Virus record (IMG/VR): IMGVR_UViG_3300025451_000024
Coordinates: 1-41,233 of that record
Source: a virus
Lineage: Duplodnaviria > Caudoviricetes
Length of the DNA stretch: 41,233 nt
Direction: 5' to 3' (one strand)
In this document: in pieces, positions 16,754 to 25,074 of the stretch
How positions within the stretch are numbered: the stretch's first letter is position 1
Layout of the letters: each line of letters opens with the position of its first letter
Notes under the pieces: generated by a model
Database searches by the model: none
What the model was told of the DNA's origin: nothing
The model's input: only the letters and a program-made list of their open reading frames with translations
Program-made: the position numbers and the translations under genes

Positions 16754-17215
16754 TCAGAAGAGCAGGCCGATCCACGACTCGCGGGTGACGAAGACGGTCG
16801 CCTTGCCGTCGTTCGCCACATAGAGCAGCGTGTTCATGTCGGCATCGAGCGCGGTGATCCACTTGGCACCGACCCGGCGAGCCGCGACGGTGCCCTTGAC
16901 GCCACCCTTCTTGTCCTGCAGGACGAGCCCGGGGGCCACGAAATGAGCTCCGATCTCGACCCACTCGGCGTTGATCGCCTCGGCCTCGTCCTCGGCCTCG
17001 GCCTCGGCGTACTCGCTGAACTCGTCAGCGGTCTCGGTGTCGGGCGTATCGAGCAGCGACGCGACCTCGCGAGCCTCGGCGTCCATGACGCGGATGTTGT
17101 GCGACTTGGAGGCCTTCTTGCCGGTCGCGCCGACGATGCAGGGCACGCCCGCTTCGGAGAAGCAGGCGCGGCAGACGACTGCGAGGACCTCGGGGGTGAT
17201 GTTGGTGCTTGACAT
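16754..17215 (-). CDS. Zinc-finger protein with acidic linker
   Basis: CRACFSEAGVPC...HNIR then DTPDTETADEFSEYAEAEAEDEAEA; ATG follows repeat copy 3. Confidence 0.75.
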   Translation of the reverse strand: MSSTNITPEVLAVVCRACFSEAGVPCIVGATGKKASKSHNIRVMDAEAREVASLLDTPDTETADEFSEYAEAEAEDEAEAINAEWVEIGAHFVAPGLVLQDKKGGVKGTVAARRVGAKWITALDADMNTLLYVANDGKATVFVTRESWIGLLF

Positions 17216-17282
17216 GGTGGCAACCTTTCGGGTAGGTGTTGTTGCTAAGGGCAACATTACACGGACCGTTCTTGCTTTGCAA
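17216..17282 (-). promoter_or_regulatory. Repeat copy 3: promoter + palindrome + RBS
   Basis: 40 bp identical to copies 1 and 2; TTGCAA-N17-TAATGT. Confidence 0.85.
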
Positions 17283-17628
17283 GCTTCTGCAGACGCGACT
17301 TGACAGCGGCCCACGTGCGGCCGACCTCGGCGGCCACCAACTCCAACGGCATGCCCGAGGCCCGGAGCTCGACCACCCTGATATCGTCGGCCGTGCTCCA
17401 CGGCAGGTACTTCAGCGAGGCCCCGGCGAGCGAGCGACGGTTCCGGGCTCGGGCGAGCTCCTCGACCTTGCTGGAATGGTCGGGCGGGTGCACCCGGCCG
17501 GGACAGATGGAATGGCCGTCGGAGCACCGGTGGAGTGGGGTCGGGGTAGCCGGGTCGTGCATCCTGGTGCAGGCGTGCCACCGGCCGTTCCTGGACTGCC
17601 ACGTGAAGGTACACCGCTGGCGGGTCAT
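17257..17628 (-). CDS. Myb/SANT-like helix-turn-helix DNA-binding protein
   Basis: PWSTADD..VVELRASGM....VAAEVGRTWAAVKSRLQKL. Confidence 0.7.
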   Translation of the reverse strand: MTRQRCTFTWQSRNGRWHACTRMHDPATPTPLHRCSDGHSICPGRVHPPDHSSKVEELARARNRRSLAGASLKYLPWSTADDIRVVELRASGMPLELVAAEVGRTWAAVKSRLQKLAKQERSV

Positions 17629-17726
17629 CGGCGCGCCAAGAACACGAGAAGGAGTCCCAGCATGCCAAGCGCGAGCACCAGCAGCACGGCCGCGGCCACC
17701 GCGCTGACCCGTAGCACGCGGCGCAT
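17625..17726 (-). CDS. 33-aa membrane peptide (not in ORF track)
   Basis: MRRVLRVSAVAAAVLLVLALGMLGLLLVFLARR; overlaps neighbours by TGATG and ATGA. Confidence 0.65.
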   Translation of the reverse strand: MRRVLRVSAVAAAVLLVLALGMLGLLLVFLARR

Positions 17727-18040
17727 CAGACGTGCCTCGCGGTCCCGTTGTGGGCCGCCCACGTGCGCCGCACGTTGCGGTTCATCTTGGCCTCGACGGC
17801 GTCCACCAGATCGTTCCAGTCGTACCCGAACGCCCGGACGAGCATCGTGACGACGATCACCACGTCGGCGGCCTCGGCGAGCACCTTCTCGGCCTGGATG
17901 GCTCCGCCGGTTGCCCGTACCTCGTCGACCAACTCGTCCAGCTCCTCATGGAGCTTCTCGAGTTGGGCCTCAGCGTCGAGCCGGTCGGGGTTGATTGCGT
18001 CCAGCTTGGCGGCCAGGGCGTCGAATAGGTCGTTCATCAT
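17726..18040 (-). CDS. MazG-like nucleotide pyrophosphohydrolase
   Basis: KLHEELDEL...EAADV...KMNRN.RRTW (EExxE...ExxD). Confidence 0.85.
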   Translation of the reverse strand: MMNDLFDALAAKLDAINPDRLDAEAQLEKLHEELDELVDEVRATGGAIQAEKVLAEAADVVIVVTMLVRAFGYDWNDLVDAVEAKMNRNVRRTWAAHNGTARHV

Positions 18041-18051
18041 GGTGTTCCCTT

Positions 18052-18273
18052 TCATCGTGGCTGTCCCGCGGTCGCGAGCAGGTACTTCTTGAAGGTCGGT
18101 CTCGGGTTGTGCGTCTTGTCCTCGGCTAGCTCGGGGCCGTACATCATCGTCTCGTACTCGGCAGCTTGCCACCAAGCTTGAGCCTCGGCCCAGTAGATCT
18201 CCATCCAGCGGGCGAACCTCACCCGTCGGGCGCGCTCGGCCACCGAGGTAGCCGGGCGCGCCCACCGGATCAC
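18052..18273 (-). CDS. Hypothetical protein
   Basis: Coupled to upstream gene; fills operon. Confidence 0.6.
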   Translation of the reverse strand: MIRWARPATSVAERARRVRFARWMEIYWAEAQAWWQAAEYETMMYGPELAEDKTHNPRPTFKKYLLATAGQPR

Positions 18274-18968
18274 CGGAGCTCACCCCCTGCCAGGGTGTGC
18301 GACCGGCCATCGGTGCGGCCCTCAGCGTAGCCGCTGCGCGGGGTTGTGGTGCGGCGGGTCGACCGGACCGTGTGCTCCCCGTGAATGGTGTTCTTGATCT
18401 CGACCTCGCGTGAAACCAGAACCAGCGCGCCGGGGCTTGACTGCTCGACGGCCTGCGATCGCTCGGCGATCTGGTCGGCGATGCCACGGCAGAACCCGGC
18501 CAGGTACCCGCGGTCCCACGAGAACTTGTCGCTCGATTCCCAGCTGGACCAGTCGGTTGATTTGCGCTGGCGCAGTAGCCCCGCGTACGCACCCCGCCAG
18601 ATCATGGGGACGACGCGCCCGAGGTAGTCGAGCTCCGTCTTGGGACCGTAGATCCAGAAACCATGCTCGCGGGCGTCCAGCAGCATATCGACCCGGCCGC
18701 GCATGGCCCGAACGACGGTCCAGGTCCCGACCTTGCCCAGATGGTTCCAGAAGCCCTTCGGCGCCGCGGCGGTCGAGTCGTAGTCGATATAGATTTTCTC
18801 GATCGGCTCGGCCTTCTTCCCGGTGTCGGTCGCGGCAAGCTCGGCACGGTCGATCGCGTGCCTCAGCATCAGCTCATCGGCCTTGGCGAAATACGCGGCC
18901 GCCTCGGCGTCGGTACTGGCGCCCTCGGCCTTGGCGAGCAGGGCCGAGATACGGGTGTGCATGGACAT
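18270..18968 (-). CDS. DUF2786-domain protein
   Basis: N-terminal RISALLAKAEGAST.AEA.A...KA.ELM.RHAID; follows repeat copy 4. Confidence 0.8.
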   Translation of the reverse strand: MSMHTRISALLAKAEGASTDAEAAAYFAKADELMLRHAIDRAELAATDTGKKAEPIEKIYIDYDSTAAAPKGFWNHLGKVGTWTVVRAMRGRVDMLLDAREHGFWIYGPKTELDYLGRVVPMIWRGAYAGLLRQRKSTDWSSWESSDKFSWDRGYLAGFCRGIADQIAERSQAVEQSSPGALVLVSREVEIKNTIHGEHTVRSTRRTTTPRSGYAEGRTDGRSHTLAGGELR

Positions 18969-18976
18969 GCGGTGCT

Positions 18977-19028
18977 CCTTCGGGTAGTTGCTAGGGGCAA
19001 CACTACACGGTCAGGGCTTGGTCGACAA
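18977..19028 (-). promoter_or_regulatory. Repeat copy 4: promoter + palindrome + RBS
   Basis: TTGTCG-N17-TAGTGT, GTTGCCCCTAGCAAC, CTACCCGAAGGAG. Confidence 0.8.
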
Positions 19029-19157
19029 GTGCCACTTCCCACACGGACAGCGGTACGGCCGGAACGGGGTCCCGAAGATCTTGGACTGCCCGATCGCCTG
19101 CCTGATCGCCTGTCGGTTCGACCGGTACGCCTTCTTGCCCGGGGTCGGGCAGCGCAC
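19011..19157 (-). CDS. 48-aa Zn-finger protein (not in ORF track)
   Basis: MRCPTPGKKAY...YRCPCGKWHLSTKP, a common small phage Zn-finger pattern; GTG start. Confidence 0.7.
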   Translation of the reverse strand: MRCPTPGKKAYRSNRQAIRQAIGQSKIFGTPFRPYRCPCGKWHLSTKP

Positions 19158-19160
19158 GAC

Positions 19161-20129
19161 TCACACCGCCCACGGCGCCGAACCGGTGGTCACCCGGCCG
19201 TCGCGAGCCAACCGGCGCCAGTCGAGCGAATGCCATTGCGGCCGGTCGATCAGGTCATACTTGGTCTTCACGTACGGGCCGAGGGGGTCGGCCATCAAGT
19301 GATCGTGCTCGGCCTGCCGCAGTCGCGGCGCCGACTCGGGTGTCCGAATGACCGAGTCCGTCTCGCAGTCGAGCGAGTTGCCGATGATGCTCGGCACCTT
19401 GATTACCGACCCGCCCGCGTTCAGGATCTGGACGACCGCCCCGATATCGTCGCCGTGGTCGTTCCAGCGGGCCAGGTCGAGCCCGCCAGTCGCCTCCAGG
19501 AACCGCCGCACGTGCCAGGCTTGCGCGAGTCCCGGGTTGCCCCCGAGGTTGACCTGATAGCGGGCCTCGCTCGCGGCCGGGGTGCGGTTCGCGTTCTGGT
19601 TCTGGTGGCTCGAGATCATGGCCGAGGGCACCCGCTCGAATGCCTCAAGCGAGGCGACCACGAACAGCATGAACACCCCCAGGAAGAACTCCTCCCTGCG
19701 GCCCTCGACCCGACCGGCGAATGCTCGGCTAGCCCGGCCGGGCTCGGCGCCCCACAGGACACTGAGAAGCGTGAGATCGTCATCTAGGACGATGGCGTGG
19801 TCGTGCCCCAGCACGTCGGCCGTGTCGAGCGACCATTGCCGGGCTCGGCCGACCCCGAGGTTCCGGGGTCCGAAGCTCTCCGGGATGGGCAGCAGCACCC
19901 GGCGCCCATGGTGCCTCTGGTACTCGGCCATCTCGTGCTCGGCGACTACCAGCACCCCCGGCATCTCGTTCAGCACCGGCAGCGTCTTCAGCGTCCGTAC
20001 GCGGCCCGCCCGAGCGTGGCTTATGACGTACACCGGGGGCAGCAGGTCGAGCCGCTGGGCGAGGCTGAACACCAAGTCGAACTTGGCGTCTTGGCTGTCC
20101 TCGTGAAGGTCGAGCGACGGGAGCATCAT
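19161..20129 (-). CDS. GT-A fold glycosyltransferase, TAGT/GREB1-like (putative DNA base glycosyltransferase)
   Basis: VYVISHAR, LVV...E...Y, GVGRARQW.LD, AIVLDDD, later GDD; ATGA-coupled to the thymidylate-synthase-like gene. Confidence 0.75.
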   Translation of the reverse strand: MMLPSLDLHEDSQDAKFDLVFSLAQRLDLLPPVYVISHARAGRVRTLKTLPVLNEMPGVLVVAEHEMAEYQRHHGRRVLLPIPESFGPRNLGVGRARQWSLDTADVLGHDHAIVLDDDLTLLSVLWGAEPGRASRAFAGRVEGRREEFFLGVFMLFVVASLEAFERVPSAMISSHQNQNANRTPAASEARYQVNLGGNPGLAQAWHVRRFLEATGGLDLARWNDHGDDIGAVVQILNAGGSVIKVPSIIGNSLDCETDSVIRTPESAPRLRQAEHDHLMADPLGPYVKTKYDLIDRPQWHSLDWRRLARDGRVTTGSAPWAV

Positions 20130-21640
20130 CGGTCCTGGTTCACGTAGTTGCTGGTCGGCTCGGCCCCGCCCCACAAGGCCCGCTTCATCTCGGCGTTACG
20201 CTTCTGGGTCGACTCCCACTCGTCGAGCGTAAGGTTCCAGGCCGCCCAGAGCAGCCGGGACACCAGCACGCGACGGATCTGGATATCGGGGGTGGCCAAG
20301 ATCTCCTCAAACAGAACGCGGGCCTGCCCGATCGTGTACGCCTGGTACTCGGTCTTCTCGAGCAGCGACAGCGCGCTCCTGACGACCTCGTCCTCGGTGC
20401 GCCGGTCGGTGCCGTCTTGGCGCATCCATCGCTGGTACTTGATCAGGTAGATCGTCAGGTCCATCAGGGTGTCGAGCGCGGTCTCGTCCTCGTCGCTCGC
20501 GCCGAGCCGGTCGACCTTGCGGGCGACGTTCGCCTGGATGGACACAAACTCGCCGCGCTTCTTCCAGGAGTCGCCGTAAGCCTTGTCCTTGCGCTGGTGT
20601 AGGTCGGCCATACACCGGGCGATCTCGGTGCGCAGCTGGGGCGCCGGGGGCAACGGTCGGCCTGGGCTGTTGCGAGCCCCCCACGGCAGGGCGGTGTCTT
20701 CAAGCTCGGCGAGGTAGGTTTCCCGGCCCGACCACCAATAGGCCAGGACCATGAGCCACGAGCGCAGCATGGGGTCCTTAACGCTGCCCTCGATCACGGC
20801 CGTGTGGTCGTGGTCAGGTGTCGTGCGCAGAGTGTTCTCGATCTCGAAGAACTTGATGAGTTCTCCGTCGAGCTGCCCGATGTTGTCGAGATCGAAGCGG
20901 GGCGGGGTAACGCCGATGTTGGCGGTCGGGCTGGACGCGATCGCCTCGGCCTTCTTGTAATGCCGTTCGTATAGGTGCAGCGACGTGATCGAATACGTGA
21001 TCGCCCCCATCTCGAATCCGGTTAGCCGGGCGACTACCTCGAGAAGGACAGACCACTCGAACTGATTGACGCCCGACCACCCCCAGATCAAGTCATTGCT
21101 CCTGGTCACGACGTGCAAGTGCAGCGACTCGCCTCGGGCGATGAAGTGGAGCAGATCGTTGCACGGGATGTCCTTGCCTGGTGCCGTGTCAACCGCCGGA
21201 TCGTACAGCGAGATGACGGCCCGCCTAGTTTCCGGGTCGGACTTCAGCAGGCGGACCACGTGCGCCAGCTGGTCGACACCGCTCCTTCCCAGATGTTGTA
21301 TGCCGCGGTCGACCTCGCCCCAGCGCCGTAGCCGAGGGCCGTAGCCCCCGCGCCACACCTTGCCGTCGTCGCTGAACTCGGCGGCCCGGGGCAGGTAGTT
21401 GCTCAGCCACTCGATGTCATTCCGACCGGCCAGAATCCAGGCCGACTCGGCGATCTGTGCAGGCAGCGAGGCTTTGCGCTTGGCGGCTGTGATCACCCGC
21501 TCGAGAGGATACTTGACGGTGATTCGGTTCATCAGTTGTTCTCGAGTCGTGCCGTTACGACTCGGTACCTCATCGCTCGCGAGCAGGTACCGGGCCATAC
21601 CCCGCAGAGCATCCGTCGGGGTCGTGTACGTTTCCCTCAT
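20126..21640 (-). CDS. Thymidylate synthase-like protein (probable dUMP hydroxymethylase) fused to an Nmad1/DUF1599-like domain
   Basis: YGPR, DQL, TRRAV, DIPCN, RSND..WG...N, SLHLYE; C-terminal RKDKAYGDSW...RKVDRL...DT..DL..Y. Confidence 0.85.
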   Translation of the reverse strand: MRETYTTPTDALRGMARYLLASDEVPSRNGTTREQLMNRITVKYPLERVITAAKRKASLPAQIAESAWILAGRNDIEWLSNYLPRAAEFSDDGKVWRGGYGPRLRRWGEVDRGIQHLGRSGVDQLAHVVRLLKSDPETRRAVISLYDPAVDTAPGKDIPCNDLLHFIARGESLHLHVVTRSNDLIWGWSGVNQFEWSVLLEVVARLTGFEMGAITYSITSLHLYERHYKKAEAIASSPTANIGVTPPRFDLDNIGQLDGELIKFFEIENTLRTTPDHDHTAVIEGSVKDPMLRSWLMVLAYWWSGRETYLAELEDTALPWGARNSPGRPLPPAPQLRTEIARCMADLHQRKDKAYGDSWKKRGEFVSIQANVARKVDRLGASDEDETALDTLMDLTIYLIKYQRWMRQDGTDRRTEDEVVRSALSLLEKTEYQAYTIGQARVLFEEILATPDIQIRRVLVSRLLWAAWNLTLDEWESTQKRNAEMKRALWGGAEPTSNYVNQDR

Positions 21641-22527
21641 TTCGTTCCTTTCGGTTCGGGTGTTACGTGCCAATGTACGGGCAGCATCAAGGGCGGGGGC
21701 GGCCCGTAGCTGGACACGTACGCGGCCGGGTGCTCGCCCCCCTTGCGCTGGTAGCGGTCATACTTGAAGAACTCGCAGAACGTGTTCTGCACGTCCATCA
21801 GCGATGGCGGCCGGTCGCCGAGCAGCACCGAGCGCTCGGACGCCCAGAATTCCCGGGCGTGGCGTATGCCCGCGACGTAGTCCCCGGTCCAGCCCCAAGC
21901 CCGGATGCCCTTGCGGCAGCCCGGCCCCGGCATGATGAAGTCGTTCTCGTCGTCCGAGCCGTAGGGCGAATAGCCCCAATCGGTGAGGATTTGCATGGAC
22001 AGGAAGTCGCCGACCCCGTACAGCTTGCGCAGCATCTCGAACCGATCTTGCGGCCCCGAGGCGGCCAGGTAGTCGCGAGCCACCCGGCGCCGGGCGACCC
22101 GAATCAGGTCCATCACGTGGTCGATCTTGTCGCCCCGGTGCCCCGGCTGGGGGATGATGAGGTAAGCGCCTGAGAAGACAGGCTGGCCCGTCGAGCGTAG
22201 GTCCTTGAGCAGACGCCCGACGGTTTCCAGGTCGCGCATGCCCGGCCACCGGCCGAGCTTGTCGCGCATCCAGAGCCAGGTCTCGGGCCGGTTGGTGTAC
22301 CGGTACATGAAACACCGGAAGAAGATGTCCTTCGGGCTCCCCCCGTCGTACAGCATCCGGACGAGTAGCTGACTGCCACGGTCAAGCACCCGGTACACGT
22401 TCGTGAACTTCCGGCCCGCGATGATGGGGTCGGTCGACCATGGCCCGAGCTCGCCTGCCTGCCTACGCTGCCAGGCCGCGTGCCGCTCCTCGACAAAGTC
22501 GAAGTACCGCATGTCCAAGTCGTACAC
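21637..22527 (-). CDS. Alpha-glutamyl/putrescinyl-thymine pyrophosphorylase clade 1 (aGPT-Pplase1)-like DNA modification enzyme
   Basis: ER...R..G...PWS.DPI....FTNVYR..DR; HhH-like LYGVGDFLSMQILTD; GPG...G; QN.FCEF.KY. Confidence 0.8.
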   Translation of the reverse strand: MYDLDMRYFDFVEERHAAWQRRQAGELGPWSTDPIIAGRKFTNVYRVLDRGSQLLVRMLYDGGSPKDIFFRCFMYRYTNRPETWLWMRDKLGRWPGMRDLETVGRLLKDLRSTGQPVFSGAYLIIPQPGHRGDKIDHVMDLIRVARRRVARDYLAASGPQDRFEMLRKLYGVGDFLSMQILTDWGYSPYGSDDENDFIMPGPGCRKGIRAWGWTGDYVAGIRHAREFWASERSVLLGDRPPSLMDVQNTFCEFFKYDRYQRKGGEHPAAYVSSYGPPPPLMLPVHWHVTPEPKGTK

Positions 22528-22528
22528 G

Positions 22529-24391
22529 TCATTCCTTCCGGTAGCGTCGGGTGTGGAATCCCTCCACCCGAATAGGCAAGTCCGGCGCCCAGCTGGGCGA
22601 CCGGCCCATCACCTCGGCGATCTCGTCGAACCTACCGTCCGACTCGACTACAGCCTCATCATGCACGTGCAGCACCACCCGATGCCCGCCATCGTGCAGA
22701 CGGACGAGCGCGTCGGCGAGCACGTCGCGGGCGACAGCTTGCGTGATGTTCTCGGCGAGGCGACCGCCATAGGTGTCGCTCGGCGCCCCGGTTCGGGGGT
22801 CGATGAACCTGATCACCCGCCGAGGCCCGTACGGACCGGCAACGATGGCGTGGTGCGCCTTGCGGTACACCAGCGCGCGGCCGCTCGGGAGCCTGAGAAG
22901 ACGATCCTTGCCGTCCTTCTCGACTTGCACCCGGCCCGACCCGATCGGCCGGTCGGCCGCCAAGAACCCGTCGTGCAGATCGCCCCAGAGCGAACAGATG
23001 GACGGGTTGGCCTTGCGCCACTGGTTGACCAGCATGTGAAGCTTATGGTCGCTGCCCATCGACCCGCCCCCGAGGGCCTTCAGGCTTCCGATTCCCCCGC
23101 TGTACCCGAGCGCCAGCACCGCGATCTTGCCCTCGGCCCGGCTGAGGCCGCCCATGCGCTCGGCGGTTTCGACGTACAGATCGCGGTGCGCCCTGAACGC
23201 ATCCAGAACCCACTGCTCGCCCGCGAGCCAAGCGACGACGATGGCCTCAATGCTCGCGTAGTCGAATACGTCGAACGGGCCTTCAAACAACGATCGCACC
23301 AGCGACTTGAGCACCGTCTCGCTCATGTCGACACCGGTTTTCAGCTTGGCGATCTGGGTGTCGATCTCGTCCTCGGTCATCTTTATGGTGCCCCGCTGGG
23401 GCATGTTATGGACCTGGAAGCCCTTGCCCGACCACCGGCCGGTATGCGCGCCATAGAAGCGCAGCTGGCCCCGTAGCCGGTTATCCTCGCTGATGCCCAC
23501 CAAGGCCGCTGAATACTTCTTGGCGGCCACCAGAGCCAGGTCTTGGCGGAGCCGTAGCACGTCGCCGACCGCGGTTCCGGCGTGCCGTTCGAGCGCCTTC
23601 TCGACCGTCTCTTTGCGGAGGTTCGGCAGCGGTGCGCCGTTCGCGTGCAGCCAAGTCATCATCTGTTGGATGCTGCTCGGGTTGGTTATGCCCGAGGCCG
23701 CCCAGACCTGGATCTCGCCCTCCATCCGGTTGGCCTCGCTCGCCCGTACACCCTGGATGGCCATCTTGTGGTCAACCGGTAGGCCCCGGTCGTTGATATG
23801 CTGGTCGACCTCCCAGACGCGCTGCTCGGCGTCGGACAGCGGGGCCATCTTGTTTGAGGCGTCGCGCATGGTCACGACATCCTGGCGGCAGTACTCGACG
23901 AACTGATTCCACTTCTCAGGGTGGTCCTCGGGCAACCGGCGTTTGCCGTTACGGTCAGGGACGCAGAACCAGCGAACCAGGGCCGAGCCCGCGGTGTCTT
24001 TCAGCTCGCCACCGATCGCCCGCCCGAGCCGGTCGAGCGATGCCGGGTAGCCGTTCGCCGAGGCTTGCGCCATCGTGCAGCGCCACAACTCGGGCGGCAT
24101 GAAGAAGGGCCATTCGGCCTCGCCGGACCAGTCGTGCAGATACGCGAACCGGCTGAAACAGACGCGCTCGAACATGGCATTGTGCGCAACCCGCTTCTGC
24201 ACGACGGCCGGGTCCCACAAGCCTGGTATGGCGTCGATCTCTTCGGCCCCGATCGCCACCTGAACCGGCCCGTCGTCGATCGCCCAAGCTGCCATTAAGA
24301 TCATGAAGTCGGGGTCCTCTACGTAGGCGTAGACGCCGCTGTCGATAGGGGTGGCCGAGTACGTTTCGATGTCAATCCAGAGCTCGTTCAT
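22529..24391 (-). CDS. DNA polymerase, family A, with 3'-5' exonuclease
   Basis: DIET, AHNA.FE, HTGRWSG, DYASIE, GK.A.LALGY.GG, ENITQAVARD, HVHDE. Confidence 0.95.
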   Translation of the reverse strand: MNELWIDIETYSATPIDSGVYAYVEDPDFMILMAAWAIDDGPVQVAIGAEEIDAIPGLWDPAVVQKRVAHNAMFERVCFSRFAYLHDWSGEAEWPFFMPPELWRCTMAQASANGYPASLDRLGRAIGGELKDTAGSALVRWFCVPDRNGKRRLPEDHPEKWNQFVEYCRQDVVTMRDASNKMAPLSDAEQRVWEVDQHINDRGLPVDHKMAIQGVRASEANRMEGEIQVWAASGITNPSSIQQMMTWLHANGAPLPNLRKETVEKALERHAGTAVGDVLRLRQDLALVAAKKYSAALVGISEDNRLRGQLRFYGAHTGRWSGKGFQVHNMPQRGTIKMTEDEIDTQIAKLKTGVDMSETVLKSLVRSLFEGPFDVFDYASIEAIVVAWLAGEQWVLDAFRAHRDLYVETAERMGGLSRAEGKIAVLALGYSGGIGSLKALGGGSMGSDHKLHMLVNQWRKANPSICSLWGDLHDGFLAADRPIGSGRVQVEKDGKDRLLRLPSGRALVYRKAHHAIVAGPYGPRRVIRFIDPRTGAPSDTYGGRLAENITQAVARDVLADALVRLHDGGHRVVLHVHDEAVVESDGRFDEIAEVMGRSPSWAPDLPIRVEGFHTRRYRKE

Positions 24392-24455
24392 GGTTCCTTC
24401 CGTGGGGTAGGCCGAAGAGGCGGGGGCCTCGCTGCTGAAGCCCCCGCCCGGTAGA

Positions 24456-25022
24456 TCAGAGGACGCTGTCGCCGTCCTCGTCGTCGAGCTCATCGAAGTC
24501 GTCTTCGGCTCGGGTGCGGCCGCCGAGGTAATCGCCGTCGGCGAGCTTCTGCACGTGGTTCAGGCCGAACGTGACGCCGATCTTGCCGTCGAAGTTGTAC
24601 GGGAAGCAGTTGAGCGACACCCGGGCGTAACAGCCCGAGTAGACCTCGGTGCTGTCCATGATCGGGTTGAGCGACCGGTCGACGACGCCCGGCCGGTTCT
24701 TGCTGGACACGTTCACCGTCCAGTGACCGGCGTCCTCTTCCGAGTCCGACTCGTCGCCATCGTGGATGGTGTCCCACGACTGCCCGGTGCCGGGCTCGCC
24801 CCGGAGCTTCTTGCCGTTGAACTTCCCCTGCTCGCCTTGGGCGATCGCCATCTTCTGGGCGGCGCGCATCTTGGCCATCGTCGCCCGGTCGGACTTCGGG
24901 ATCAGCAGCTTGCACTGATACTTGGGGTTGTTGCCGTCCTTGTCGAGCCGCGGCTCGAACAGGTTGACGTAGGAAAGTCGCGCCTTGCCGGTGACGACCT
25001 TGGTCTGTGATGCGGTGGGCAT
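24456..25022 (-). CDS. DUF2815 single-stranded DNA-binding protein
   Basis: RLSY..LFEP, KY...LIPK.D, VYSGCY.R, G...GLN.VQKL.DG, acidic tail. Confidence 0.9.
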   Translation of the reverse strand: MPTASQTKVVTGKARLSYVNLFEPRLDKDGNNPKYQCKLLIPKSDRATMAKMRAAQKMAIAQGEQGKFNGKKLRGEPGTGQSWDTIHDGDESDSEEDAGHWTVNVSSKNRPGVVDRSLNPIMDSTEVYSGCYARVSLNCFPYNFDGKIGVTFGLNHVQKLADGDYLGGRTRAEDDFDELDDEDGDSVL

Positions 25023-25074
25023 TCGTGCCTCCTGGTTGGTGTTGGTTTGGGCCGGGCTCGGCCCGCCCCTCGGC

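Noticed and set aside
16359-17282. Direct repeats as a CRISPR array with the Cas4-like gene
   Set aside because: The intervening sequences are whole genes of unequal length and the repeats are promoters/RBSs; DUF2800 is a standalone replication-module nuclease, with no cas1/cas2
19003-19236. 77-aa ORF from the track
   Set aside because: Another frame (19011-19157) gives a recognisable Zn-finger protein and fits the operon better
24419-24448. Hairpin between SSB and polymerase genes as a terminator
   Set aside because: A 9-bp stem is present, but with a long loop and only a weak U-tract; function cannot be supported
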